Origin: Ostreococcus lucimarinus
Taxonomy: Eukaryota
Assembly (NCBI GenBank): GCA_000092065.1
Contig: CP000586.1
DNA: 64,000 nt
Reading direction: 5' to 3' (one strand)
Part shown: piece after piece, positions 10,038-18,679 of the stretch
Layout of the letters: every line of letters begins with the position of its first letter
Numbering within the stretch: the stretch's first letter is position 1
Program-made: the position numbers and the translations under genes
The notes under the pieces: generated by a model
Told to the model about the DNA's origin: nothing
What the model saw: the letters and a program-made list of their open reading frames with translations, nothing else
The model's database searches: none

Positions 10038-10592
10038 GCGTTGGAGAAGCTTTCAGACGATAACACGCGATTTACGTACACGGCGGATGGGCACACGTTC
10101 AACTACGTCGTCGAAAACGGGTTCACGTATCTCGTCGTGGCCGACTCAGAGCTCGGACGCCACGTCCCATTCGCGTGCTTGGATCGGATCAAGTCCGAGT
10201 TCACGCGCGATCATGCGTCGGAGGCGCAGGATGCCATCGCGCACTCGCTGAATAAATCGTTCGCGCCGAGGTTGAAGGAACACTTGGAGTTTTGCTCGGC
10301 GAACCCAGAGGCGGTGAGTAAAGTGAGCGCGGTGCAGCAACAGGTGAGTCAAGTGAAGGAAATCATGATGGATAACATCGAGAAGGTGCTCGATAGAGGG
10401 GAGAAGATTGAGTTGTTGGTCGATAAAAGCGACGCGTTGCGGTTCGAAGCTGCGAATTTTCACAAGACGGGAAGAGCGTTGAGACGGAATTTGTGGTGCC
10501 AGAACATGAAGATCAAAGTTGCTTTTGGCTTGATCATCTTCGCGCTCCTATTGACGCTCATTTTTACTCTATGCGGGAAGAAGTGTCGTTGA
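10038..10592 (+). CDS. VAMP7-like longin R-SNARE, exon 2 (rest of longin domain, SNARE motif, C-terminal TM anchor)
   Basis: ALEKLSDDNTRFTYTADGHTFNYVVENGFTYLVVAD... longin fold, R-SNARE heptads (VSQVKEIMMDNIEKVLDRGEKIELLVDKSDAL) and a hydrophobic tail (KVAFGLIIFALLLTLIFTLCG); TGTAA motifs follow the stop. Confidence 0.8.
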   Translation, partial: ALEKLSDDNTRFTYTADGHTFNYVVENGFTYLVVADSELGRHVPFACLDRIKSEFTRDHASEAQDAIAHSLNKSFAPRLKEHLEFCSANPEAVSKVSAVQQQVSQVKEIMMDNIEKVLDRGEKIELLVDKSDALRFEAANFHKTGRALRRNLWCQNMKIKVAFGLIIFALLLTLIFTLCGKKCR

Positions 10593-10690
10593 TGAAGTGA
10601 CGATTTTAGTGCTCTCGCCATCTGGTGTAAACGCTTTGTAAAATCATCCATTTCAAACGCAAACAAAAGTACACGCGTGCTAGCAACTTA

Positions 10691-12721
10691 CTACTCATCG
10701 TCGAACTTCAAAGCTTCACGAACGTCTTTCGTAGACGCTCGTCTGAAATCGAGCGACCCTCTACGACTTTTTCGATTCTCAGCTTTGGCGTGCGCCTCCT
10801 TCGCGTCACGCAAAAGTTCACGATGCCATACTTCCATTCTAAATAAAATTTCTCCAGCTCGTGTGGACGAGCAGAAACACAGCGGTTGCCCGTCCATGAT
10901 TTTAATCAAGTTGAAAGTTCCGACCCCGAGGTCTATTTTGTACGACAGGAAGTTGATTTGCGACTGCCAGAAACCAAAAGTCCACACGCGTTCGGTGTCG
11001 AACATCGGCATGTCGGCGAGCCCTTTCTTGCTCTTTCGCAACAGCGCCTTTAAGATTTTCTGTCGTCTGCTTGGGCTCGTACCCGGGGGAAATATGTCGG
11101 ACCTAGCGTCGACGTTTTCGATGATTGAGCCTTCGATATCTTGCACGTCGCCCTCGTATTCGCAACTCATCGCCTGCGCTGCGAGCGCTATGGGTGCCAA
11201 CATGAAGGGGCGCTCGTCCGTCGGCATGGAGAGTTCGATGCCCCATTTCTCACCGAATCCGCGCACGACGCGCGCGCACAGCGCCAACAACCAGCGAGAC
11301 GGGAGGTTTTGCAACGGGCGCGATAAACACTGACCGATGACACAGTCGTTCATGGCGATCGGACGCTTGAACTTGCCCTGTATGGCGAGTTGAATCGTTC
11401 GCGCCTTGCCCTCAAAAATCTCAGGTGGCGTGTTTTCCAAACCACGCAAGTACACAATCATTCTGCCTTTGAAGATATCTGAATCGATTTCGAACGGCAC
11501 TTGCGCGCGAATCATACTGTCTGGAAGCTGATCCTCTTGCGTGATGGCTTGTGAATCCGCTGGCGTGAACCGAAGAGCGCACGGCGAGTCAGGCCACCTG
11601 GCCGGATCGACGCACGGCGGCGGTCCCGCTCTGTCTTCCGGACGGGTCGATTTTCGCTGCATGTTTATCAGCCGCGACGCCGTGCGCTGAATCGAAATCG
11701 CTGATGCTTGCAGAAATGAGGGCGTTCGCTCGAGGTTGATTTCTCCGCCATCATGAAGCGTCGATCGATGTTTCGCCGGCGAATCATCGACAAACGCGTT
11801 CAAGCCCGATTCGGACGACTGTCGCTTTGTGGTGCCCTCGAAGACTGATTGACGAGTCAAATCTGCCACGTAAAAGAACCCCAGTAGACTCGAAATCCCG
11901 ACCGCCACGGCCGCACAGGCTGCGATGACCATCAAAAGTGAATCTAACGACATTCGAACCCCAACGAACGACGTGAGCGCCATCGCATCCGTCTTAAAAA
12001 AAGGCAAAATAGCGTACGCGATGAGCGCCACGACGCTCGCGCGCAACACGCTCAACTCCATTTTCAACGCCGACATCACGTCTTCGACTCTTTCCATCGC
12101 CGACGCGTGTTCACTCGACAGCGCCTCCACCGCTGCCGTGTGCCTATCCACCACCGTCCGCACATTCTTCATCCGCGATTCCATCGCGAGCATCTCCGTC
12201 GACACGTAATACCTCGCCGCCGATATTCCCGGTCCAACCCCCAAATGATAGCTATACAAGTGTGACCGCTTTTCAAACTTGATCTTCGCCGACTTCGTCA
12301 CCCCTACGATCAACTTCGCCGCCATGAGTTCGTTTCCGAGTCTCACCGCCGCGTCGCTGTCCCGCACCGTCCGACTCGCCACGAGCCACTGCACCGCCTC
12401 GCGTCCCGTGAAGCAATTTCTATGTTTGGTAAATCTTCTTCTGTGCTTACCCCCGCCCAGCGACTTTCGCATCTTCACCACGACGTCGAACAATTCATTT
12501 TCGCGCTCGAGCGCGCTCAGCGCGTCGAGCGATCGCGCGTTCGAGTCGAGAAACGCGGCGTCGGCGTCGGCATCTCGCGCGTCGTTGAATTCAGAAAATT
12601 CACTCTCGAGGTCGTCGTCGAGCGTCATGCTGATCACGCTGTCGGTCTCGATCGCGTCCACGGACGCGCGCGCGACGTGCGTCGAGGTCGCGTGCGGCGC
12701 GGCGTCGTTCGCAGCGCGCAT
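10691..12721 (-). CDS. DEP-domain membrane protein with a C-terminal domain resembling plant EDR2-C/DUF1336 (676 aa)
   Basis: DEP-like segment (FTKHRNCFTGREAVQWLVASR...AVRLGNELMAAKLI), internal hydrophobic helices (ALIAYAILPFF..., LLMVIAACAAVAVGISSLLGFFYV) and a conserved ~250 aa C-terminal module. ATG at 12721 confirmed. The DUF1336 assignment is from memory of the family and is tentative. Confidence 0.6.
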   Translation of the reverse strand: MRAANDAAPHATSTHVARASVDAIETDSVISMTLDDDLESEFSEFNDARDADADAAFLDSNARSLDALSALERENELFDVVVKMRKSLGGGKHRRRFTKHRNCFTGREAVQWLVASRTVRDSDAAVRLGNELMAAKLIVGVTKSAKIKFEKRSHLYSYHLGVGPGISAARYYVSTEMLAMESRMKNVRTVVDRHTAAVEALSSEHASAMERVEDVMSALKMELSVLRASVVALIAYAILPFFKTDAMALTSFVGVRMSLDSLLMVIAACAAVAVGISSLLGFFYVADLTRQSVFEGTTKRQSSESGLNAFVDDSPAKHRSTLHDGGEINLERTPSFLQASAISIQRTASRLINMQRKSTRPEDRAGPPPCVDPARWPDSPCALRFTPADSQAITQEDQLPDSMIRAQVPFEIDSDIFKGRMIVYLRGLENTPPEIFEGKARTIQLAIQGKFKRPIAMNDCVIGQCLSRPLQNLPSRWLLALCARVVRGFGEKWGIELSMPTDERPFMLAPIALAAQAMSCEYEGDVQDIEGSIIENVDARSDIFPPGTSPSRRQKILKALLRKSKKGLADMPMFDTERVWTFGFWQSQINFLSYKIDLGVGTFNLIKIMDGQPLCFCSSTRAGEILFRMEVWHRELLRDAKEAHAKAENRKSRRGSLDFRRASTKDVREALKFDDE

Positions 12722-12958
12722 CGCGCGACCGAACGGGCGGCGCCGAGGCGCGGCGGAGTCGCGCTCTGACGACCGGGCGAGCGAAGCGCGAACTCGAAAT
12801 CGACGCGAGTCCTCTCGACGATATTATTAAACGCGCGCGCGATTACTGGGATGTACTTACTGAGGTGTCGTGATCGGGTGTGGTGCGCGCGCCGCGCGCG
12901 CGACAGCCGCGGCTGACTCGCCGCGGCGCTCTCGCGAAGACGTTCGCGCCGAATTCGC

Positions 12959-13615
12959 TCAATCCATATCCATGTCGACGACGTCCGCCGCCGCCGCGTC
13001 CATCATCCCCGCCTGATCGATCGTCGCGTCGATCGGCGCCTCGACGTTCGCGCTCGCGTCTTCCGCCGCGGACGCGCCCCACGCCGCCGCCGCCGCCGCC
13101 GCCTTCATCTCCTCCGTCACCGCATCGACGTCCGTCCCGTCCGACCCCGTCGCGCGCACCGCGGACATGTCGAACGCCACGCTCGCGTCTTCTTTCCCCA
13201 GCGCGCCGTCGCCCGCGGCTTTCGCGCGCTTCGACGGCGTCGCGCCCGTCGCCGCGTCCTCGAGCGGCTTTTCGATCTCGTCGCGCAGCGTGTCCTGAAA
13301 CTCGCGCGACACGTCCTGCAGCTCGCGAATCGTGGGCTGGAACTCGCGCAGCGTCGCGCCGAGCTGCTTGGCGATGTCCGCCAGCCCCTTGGGGCCGAAC
13401 ACGAGCAGCGAGACGACGCCGATGACGAGCGCCTCGGGCGCGCCCACGCCGAAGAGAGAATTCGCGCGCTGAAGCGCACCGCGCCGACGCGCGTCGCGCG
13501 CCGCCAGCGGCGTCGCGCGCGCGGCGCCTTTGCGCGCGCCGCGCGCCGCGCCGGCGCGCCGCAGCGCGACCGGCGGCGTCGTTCGCATCGTCGCGAACGC
13601 CATCGCGCGCGCCAT
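12959..13615 (-). CDS. TATB: Sec-independent (Tat) translocase component Hcf106/TatB-like, plastid-type
   Basis: SLFGVGAPEALVIGVVSLLVFGPKGLADIAKQLGATLREFQPTIRELQDVSREFQDTLRDEIEKP is the hallmark TM plus amphipathic helix of plant Hcf106, followed by an acidic tail. Track ORF start 13711 is GTG; first ATG at 13615 gives an Ala/Arg-rich transit-peptide-like leader. Confidence 0.75.
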   Translation of the reverse strand: MARAMAFATMRTTPPVALRRAGAARGARKGAARATPLAARDARRRGALQRANSLFGVGAPEALVIGVVSLLVFGPKGLADIAKQLGATLREFQPTIRELQDVSREFQDTLRDEIEKPLEDAATGATPSKRAKAAGDGALGKEDASVAFDMSAVRATGSDGTDVDAVTEEMKAAAAAAAWGASAAEDASANVEAPIDATIDQAGMMDAAAADVVDMDMD

Positions 13616-13856
13616 CGAATGCGGCGTCCGAACGCGGCGCGTCGCGTCGCGCATGCGCGTCGACGGCGCGGACGACCGCGCGCGAACGCCCGCGCGCGGG
13701 GCGCTGAGCACGAGCGCGGTCGCGCGCTTCGACGAGCTCGACGAGGACGACGTCGGCGATGTCGATTTTCAACACGACGACGACGAGGACGCGCGCGGCG
13801 ACGGCGCGCGCGACGACGACGGCGCGCGCGACGGCGTGGTCGGACGGTACAGAAAG

Positions 13857-15857
13857 ATGCGCGCGCGGTTCGATTCGTTCAGCGGCGCGCTGAGCGACGC
13901 GCGAGGGGCGTTCGACGCGTTCGCGTTCACGGGCTGGAGCGAAGAGCAGAAGAAAATCGTCGTCAAGCTCGCGTTCCTGGCGACGTTCGCGGTGATGTTT
14001 TACGCGACGATGGCGGTGATATTCGCGCACGTGTGGATCGGGATGGCGAAGGCGATCGGGGTGCGAGTGCTGTGGGGGGTGGGGGTGTCGATCGGGCTGG
14101 CCATGGCGCCGCCGGTGTTTCCGAACGCGGCGGCGCACGCGTTGGCGCTGGTGCTGATGGCGGCGGAGGTGGCGCTGTTGAGCGTGAACGCGATACTGTT
14201 GGGATTGGTGCATTTAGCGATCGTGCTGAACAAGCACGTGCTGCCGTCGTGGTTTCATCGGGCGAAGGTGGCGCTGCGCGAGAGCGCGGGCGGCGTCGAC
14301 CATCGCGGGCGCGCGAACGCGCACTTCGTCGAGCATCGGCAAGAGACGTTGTCCGAGCTCGAGCGGGCGAAGGACTACCGAGAGTGGATCGCGGTGGCGA
14401 ATAAGCTCGACGCGTTTCCCGCGGACGTCGGTGAGGGTGGGTCGCGTTGGAAGGCGGATGAAAAATCGGACGTGTACGACAGGCAGCTCGTCAAGGTATA
14501 TTTGAACACGATGAGGACCGCGCGCGAGCGCGACGATCTCACGGCGCTCGGGTTGTGCTTGCGAACGGTGTTACACCGAAACTTTGCCGGGATCGATAGG
14601 TTGCTCCACCTGAGATTTTCTCGAGTCGGAACGAAGAAACTCGTGCAAGATTTCAACGACGAAATCGTCGCCGTCATCAAGCACATAGCCGAAACCGCAG
14701 ATGACGAGCAGGCGATGGAGATGCTTCAAGTGTTAAAAGAGTCGTACCGTTCGCTCGGACGCACGGCGCTGTGCTTATCTGGCGGCGGCGCACTGGCGAT
14801 GTATCATTTCGGAGTCTTGCGAACGTTGTTGCAAGAGGGACTGTGCCCGCAAGTCATCTCGGGTACGAGTGGTGGCTCGATCGTCGCCGCGTTTTTGAGC
14901 TGTCATTCGCCCGAAGATATCTTGCAAGCGATTCGCCCGGACGTGTCCACTCGTTACGGGCGCCGATGGTTCCCACGTCCGCTGAAAATGGCGCTACACT
15001 TTTTGAAGCACGGCGTTTTGATGGACGCCGAGGGGTTTTCGAAGACCACAAAGGCATACTTTGGCGACACGACGTTTGAGGAAGCGCTAGCGATATCCGG
15101 AAGAGCAGTCTCTATTCAAGTGTCCATTGGCTCACAAACCGGTTACGTTCTCAATCACCTGACTTCTCCCAACGTGCTCATTCGCACCGCGGTGTGCGCG
15201 TCGTGCGCGCTACCTGGTTTGATGCGCCCTGTGGAGATTCTCGCCAAAGACAAGCACGGAAATTTAGTGCCATTTCATCCACCCGATGTGAAGTCGTACG
15301 ATGGCACCATCACCCAAGACATCCCGTCAGCACGCATGACGGAGCTTTTCAACTGCAACAACTTCATCGTTTCGCAGGTGAACCCGCACCTAAACTTCGT
15401 GCTACACCTCGCCGAGGAATCACACGGGCGACGGCAGAAGACCGCGCGTAGTTATCAGCGTCGTAATGCGGTTCAGAAGCTGTTGCGTGTCGCCAACTTC
15501 TTGCTGCTGAACATCAAGTACTCTATTCAAAAACTTCTCGAAGTTGATTTGCTCGACATTCGGTTCGTTCGCACGCTGCAAGGAGTGTTGATGCAAGACT
15601 TCAGAGGCCACATCACCATTCTGCCATCGCTTCGTTGGACGGATTACTCCAGAATCTCCAGCAACCCAACTGAGAAGGATATGGATCGTTACATCTCGCG
15701 AGGCGAGCAATCCACTTGGCCGCATGTCGAGTCGATTCGCTACACGATGAAAATTGAAACCACGCTCGTCGACAGCATCCGCGCTTTGTCCAAGCGCGTC
15801 GACGCTACGGGCGAAAAGATCAAACGAACGAACTCACATGGGTTCTTAGAACATTAA
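13857..15857 (+). CDS. Patatin-like phospholipase domain triacylglycerol lipase (SDP1/TGL4-like)
   Basis: LCLSGGGALAMYHFGVLRTLLQEGLCPQVISGTSGGSIVAAFL (GxSxG patatin nucleophile elbow) with an N-terminal TM region as in SDP1-like lipases. The ORF is open from 13530 but that part overlaps the divergent Hcf106 gene; ATG at 13857 chosen, 13653 also possible. Confidence 0.7.
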   Translation: MRARFDSFSGALSDARGAFDAFAFTGWSEEQKKIVVKLAFLATFAVMFYATMAVIFAHVWIGMAKAIGVRVLWGVGVSIGLAMAPPVFPNAAAHALALVLMAAEVALLSVNAILLGLVHLAIVLNKHVLPSWFHRAKVALRESAGGVDHRGRANAHFVEHRQETLSELERAKDYREWIAVANKLDAFPADVGEGGSRWKADEKSDVYDRQLVKVYLNTMRTARERDDLTALGLCLRTVLHRNFAGIDRLLHLRFSRVGTKKLVQDFNDEIVAVIKHIAETADDEQAMEMLQVLKESYRSLGRTALCLSGGGALAMYHFGVLRTLLQEGLCPQVISGTSGGSIVAAFLSCHSPEDILQAIRPDVSTRYGRRWFPRPLKMALHFLKHGVLMDAEGFSKTTKAYFGDTTFEEALAISGRAVSIQVSIGSQTGYVLNHLTSPNVLIRTAVCASCALPGLMRPVEILAKDKHGNLVPFHPPDVKSYDGTITQDIPSARMTELFNCNNFIVSQVNPHLNFVLHLAEESHGRRQKTARSYQRRNAVQKLLRVANFLLLNIKYSIQKLLEVDLLDIRFVRTLQGVLMQDFRGHITILPSLRWTDYSRISSNPTEKDMDRYISRGEQSTWPHVESIRYTMKIETTLVDSIRALSKRVDATGEKIKRTNSHGFLEH

Positions 15858-15971
15858 TTAAATTCGACGGCGGCGGCGTTACCGCCCGCCGTCTCCGCTA
15901 GACCTGTACAAGTGTATTACGAAACGCAGCTGTTGTCCTTCACTCTCGGTCGGCCTCACTTACCCGCGCCG

Positions 15972-16601
15972 ATGACACGTCTACCCGCGGCGCAAATCAC
16001 CAAGTTCTGGTTCGGGTACGCGAGGCACGAGCTCAGGGCGCTCGCGCGACCGAACAAGGCGCAGATGGCGCTTTGGTTCGGCTCGAGAGAAGAGGACGAC
16101 ATCGTCATCCATCGAACTTTCGGTGCGCATTTGCGCGCCACGAGCGAGCTTTACGCGAGCCAACCCGCAGACGAGACGATCGCGCTCGAGTCGTTCGAGG
16201 ACGTGCTCGCAGATATCATCACGCTCGATCAGTTCTCGCGCGTGATTCATCGCAAAACCGCAAAGGCTTTCAGCAACGACGCCGCCGCCGCGTCTCTGGC
16301 GAGACGAGCGCTGAGCGACGACGCGTTCATGAAACAAGCGGCACCGCTGGAACGTATGTTCATAGAAATGCCGCTCATGCACAGTGAGGATGTCGCCGAC
16401 CACGAGTCGTTGTTGGCGATGCGAGGCATCGACGTGAGCGGGATCGATGTCGACGGTGCGCACGACGACTTCGCGGTGAAACACTACTGCGTCGTGCGAA
16501 AATTCGGAAGGTATCCGTACCGCAACAAAGTATTAGGACGCGTTAACACACCCGAGGAGCAGGTGTACCTAGATAGCAGGCCGAGCACGTACGGCCAATA
16601 G
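15972..16601 (+). CDS. DUF924-family protein (bacterial-type conserved protein of unknown function)
   Basis: C-terminal HYCVVRKFGRYPYRNKVLGRVNTPEEQVYL matches the DUF924 signature; track start 15912 is GTG, first ATG 15972. Only 114 bp downstream of the patatin lipase stop. Confidence 0.55.
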   Translation: MTRLPAAQITKFWFGYARHELRALARPNKAQMALWFGSREEDDIVIHRTFGAHLRATSELYASQPADETIALESFEDVLADIITLDQFSRVIHRKTAKAFSNDAAAASLARRALSDDAFMKQAAPLERMFIEMPLMHSEDVADHESLLAMRGIDVSGIDVDGAHDDFAVKHYCVVRKFGRYPYRNKVLGRVNTPEEQVYLDSRPSTYGQ

Positions 16602-16638
16602 TAGTCATCGTCGATAGCCGTGTATTTGAGGACGCGCC

Positions 16639-16716
16639 GCTCCCCAGTTCACCGCGCGCGAGAGCGTTCACTCGTTCGCTCCCCAGTTCACCGCGCGCGA
16701 GAGCGTTCACTCGTTC
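16639..16716 (+). repeat. Perfect tandem duplication of a 39-nt unit (gctccccagttcaccgcgcgcgagagcgttcactcgttc x2) in the ferredoxin 5' region
   Basis: Two identical adjacent copies read directly from the sequence, about 130 bp upstream of the ferredoxin ATG. Confidence 0.75.
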
Positions 16717-16844
16717 GCGCACACGAAGCGAGTTCAAAACACTCGCACTCGCGAGATCGCTCTCACTTTACGCGCCGTCCTCGTCGCTCCGTGAACGCGT
16801 CGAAACGCCGTCGTCCACGTCACAAGTTTATCCAAAAATTAAAC

Positions 16845-17282
16845 ATGCGAGCTTCCGTGACCGCGCGCTCGAGCGCGTTCGTCGGCGCCAGGGCTTTGGT
16901 TTCGAAGACGCGTGCGACGAAGTTCTCGCGCGCGGCGACGCGGGCGTCCAGAACGTTCCTGCGCGTCGATGCGGTGGCGGTCGAGATTCGCCACGAAGGC
17001 AAGACGTACAATCTGGAGGTGGCGGACGGGGACAACATCCTGGACGTCGCGCTCGACGCTGGGATCGATCTGCGGTACGATTGCAAGATGGGCGTGTGCA
17101 TGATGTGCCCGGCCAAGGTTGTCGCGGGGGCGATCGACCAGTCGGGGTCGATGCTGAGCGACGACGTCGAGGAGAAGGGCTACGCGCTCCTCTGCTGCGC
17201 CGTGCCGCAGGGCGAAGACGTGGTGATTCAGACCGTGAGCGAGGATGAGTTGCTCGAGGAGCAATTGTGCTCGAGCGATTAG
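16845..17282 (+). CDS. Plant-type [2Fe-2S] ferredoxin with plastid transit peptide
   Basis: Cys spacing CKMGVCMMC...CC and the KTYNLEVADGDNILDVALDAGIDLRYDC fold; first ATG at 16845 with MRASVTARSSAFVGARALVSK leader. Confidence 0.8.
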   Translation: MRASVTARSSAFVGARALVSKTRATKFSRAATRASRTFLRVDAVAVEIRHEGKTYNLEVADGDNILDVALDAGIDLRYDCKMGVCMMCPAKVVAGAIDQSGSMLSDDVEEKGYALLCCAVPQGEDVVIQTVSEDELLEEQLCSSD

Positions 17283-17353
17283 GCGATGCGGATGTTAGCA
17301 AGATACACGATAATGTTACTTTACAGAGATACACATTCGTCGTACGATGCGTT

Positions 17354-18595
17354 TCACTTCTTTCCTCGCGACGCCACGCGCTTCGATCGCCGCGACGGCG
17401 TCACCGGATCCTTCGAGCGACCAGACCTTCGCGATGGCGTCGTCGGGTCAACTGCGGATTTCTCGTTGTTCACGACGACCGATTTACGTCGCGAACTTCG
17501 ACGCGACGGCGTCGTCGGCTCCGTGACATTCGTCCGCCGTTCAGGGATTTCGGTGACTGGCACGACGTCGAGCGACGCGCTTATCTCTTCAATTGTATCC
17601 GAAATCACCTTTCCCATCATGCGCGCAAACACGTCTATGTGGCTGACGATGTCATCTGTCAACGACACTGGCGCCGCCGCCGTTGCTGCGTCTTCATCGT
17701 TCAACATCGCGCTCGCGTCGAATCCGGGAGGCAACGACGGTTGCGACGTCACCTCTTCGTCGCACGCGGCGTCATCCGTCATCACTTGGTTTTCTTGAAC
17801 CAACATACTTTCAGTCGCCGTCGAATCTGCGAGTATAGACATCGGGACGCCGGGAACGACTCGGTCCATCTGCACTGGCGCCGGGGACCGCAACGGCGAT
17901 CGAAGTGCCTTTTTCGGCGTCGCCAACTTCTTCGCCGAACGAAGCAGCATCTCCGTTGCTTCGCGCGCCGCTTCCCTATCCAACGAAGATGTCGTCGCAC
18001 TCACCGTCGGTGACGGCGCGCTCTTTCGTACCACCGGACTCTCCGCGGCGCCTGCGTCGCTAAAATTCAGCCCACGACCGTGACTCTTGACCAATTCCTC
18101 CAGCCTCGATCGCCCCTTCGTGAGCGACGTCATCGCATTCTTCACCAACGTGCGCACGTGTTTCGACATCGGCGTCGTCGCTGCGAAGTCGGGCGTCGTT
18201 TTCGTCGGCGTCGTGTTCGTCGCCGCTTCGTCTCGCGGCGACGGCGGTGACGCCAGCGCGCTCGACGCGAACGTCCGGTGCGTCGTCGCTCGCAGCATGC
18301 GTGACGCCTGCTCCACGGGCGAAATGGGGGCGTTAGCGCGCGGTGACGCCGTCGTCGACGGGAAAAGCGCTCGTTTCGCGCGCGTCGGCGCGAGGCGCGA
18401 CGACCCATCTTCGTCGGACTTCGACATTTTCTTGGGCGTCGCCGAACGCCGCGGCGAGCGCACGAGCGCGCGTCGGTCGGCCGAGGACATGCGCGGGGAT
18501 ACGGTCGACGCGTGCGTCGTGCGCGCGGGGTCCATTGCGTTCGGGACGAGGACGGGGCGCGTTGGACTGCGGACGTGGCGGAATCGACGATTCAT
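17354..18595 (-). CDS. Ser/Thr/Pro-rich low-complexity protein with repeated TPSRRS motifs (possible proline-directed kinase substrate); function unknown
   Basis: Long ORF, track start is TTG; first ATG at 18595. C-terminal TPSRRSSRRKS / TPSRRSGRSKD / TPSRRSKR triple. Ends 71 bp from the convergent ferredoxin stop. Confidence 0.45.
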   Translation of the reverse strand: MNRRFRHVRSPTRPVLVPNAMDPARTTHASTVSPRMSSADRRALVRSPRRSATPKKMSKSDEDGSSRLAPTRAKRALFPSTTASPRANAPISPVEQASRMLRATTHRTFASSALASPPSPRDEAATNTTPTKTTPDFAATTPMSKHVRTLVKNAMTSLTKGRSRLEELVKSHGRGLNFSDAGAAESPVVRKSAPSPTVSATTSSLDREAAREATEMLLRSAKKLATPKKALRSPLRSPAPVQMDRVVPGVPMSILADSTATESMLVQENQVMTDDAACDEEVTSQPSLPPGFDASAMLNDEDAATAAAPVSLTDDIVSHIDVFARMMGKVISDTIEEISASLDVVPVTEIPERRTNVTEPTTPSRRSSRRKSVVVNNEKSAVDPTTPSRRSGRSKDPVTPSRRSKRVASRGKK

Positions 18596-18679
18596 CTTAC
18601 CCCTCTTGGGGACGCGCGAAGCGTGTGATTCGTTTGAATGCGAATACAACGCGCTAATGAGCTAATACGCGAGTGAATG

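Noticed and set aside
13530-13856. Track start of the patatin lipase ORF at 13530 and Hcf106 ORF at 13711, which would overlap head-to-head by about 180 bp
   Set aside because: Both track starts are non-ATG or low-complexity; using first ATGs (13615 minus, 13857 plus) removes the overlap and leaves a 240-bp divergent promoter, consistent with the rest of the window.
12843-14404. 456-aa minus ORF (12843..14213), 261-aa plus ORF (13619..14404) and others of similar composition
   Set aside because: Antisense or out-of-frame readings through the GC-rich 5' halves of the Hcf106 and patatin genes; Arg/Gly/Asp-only composition; no start-codon support.
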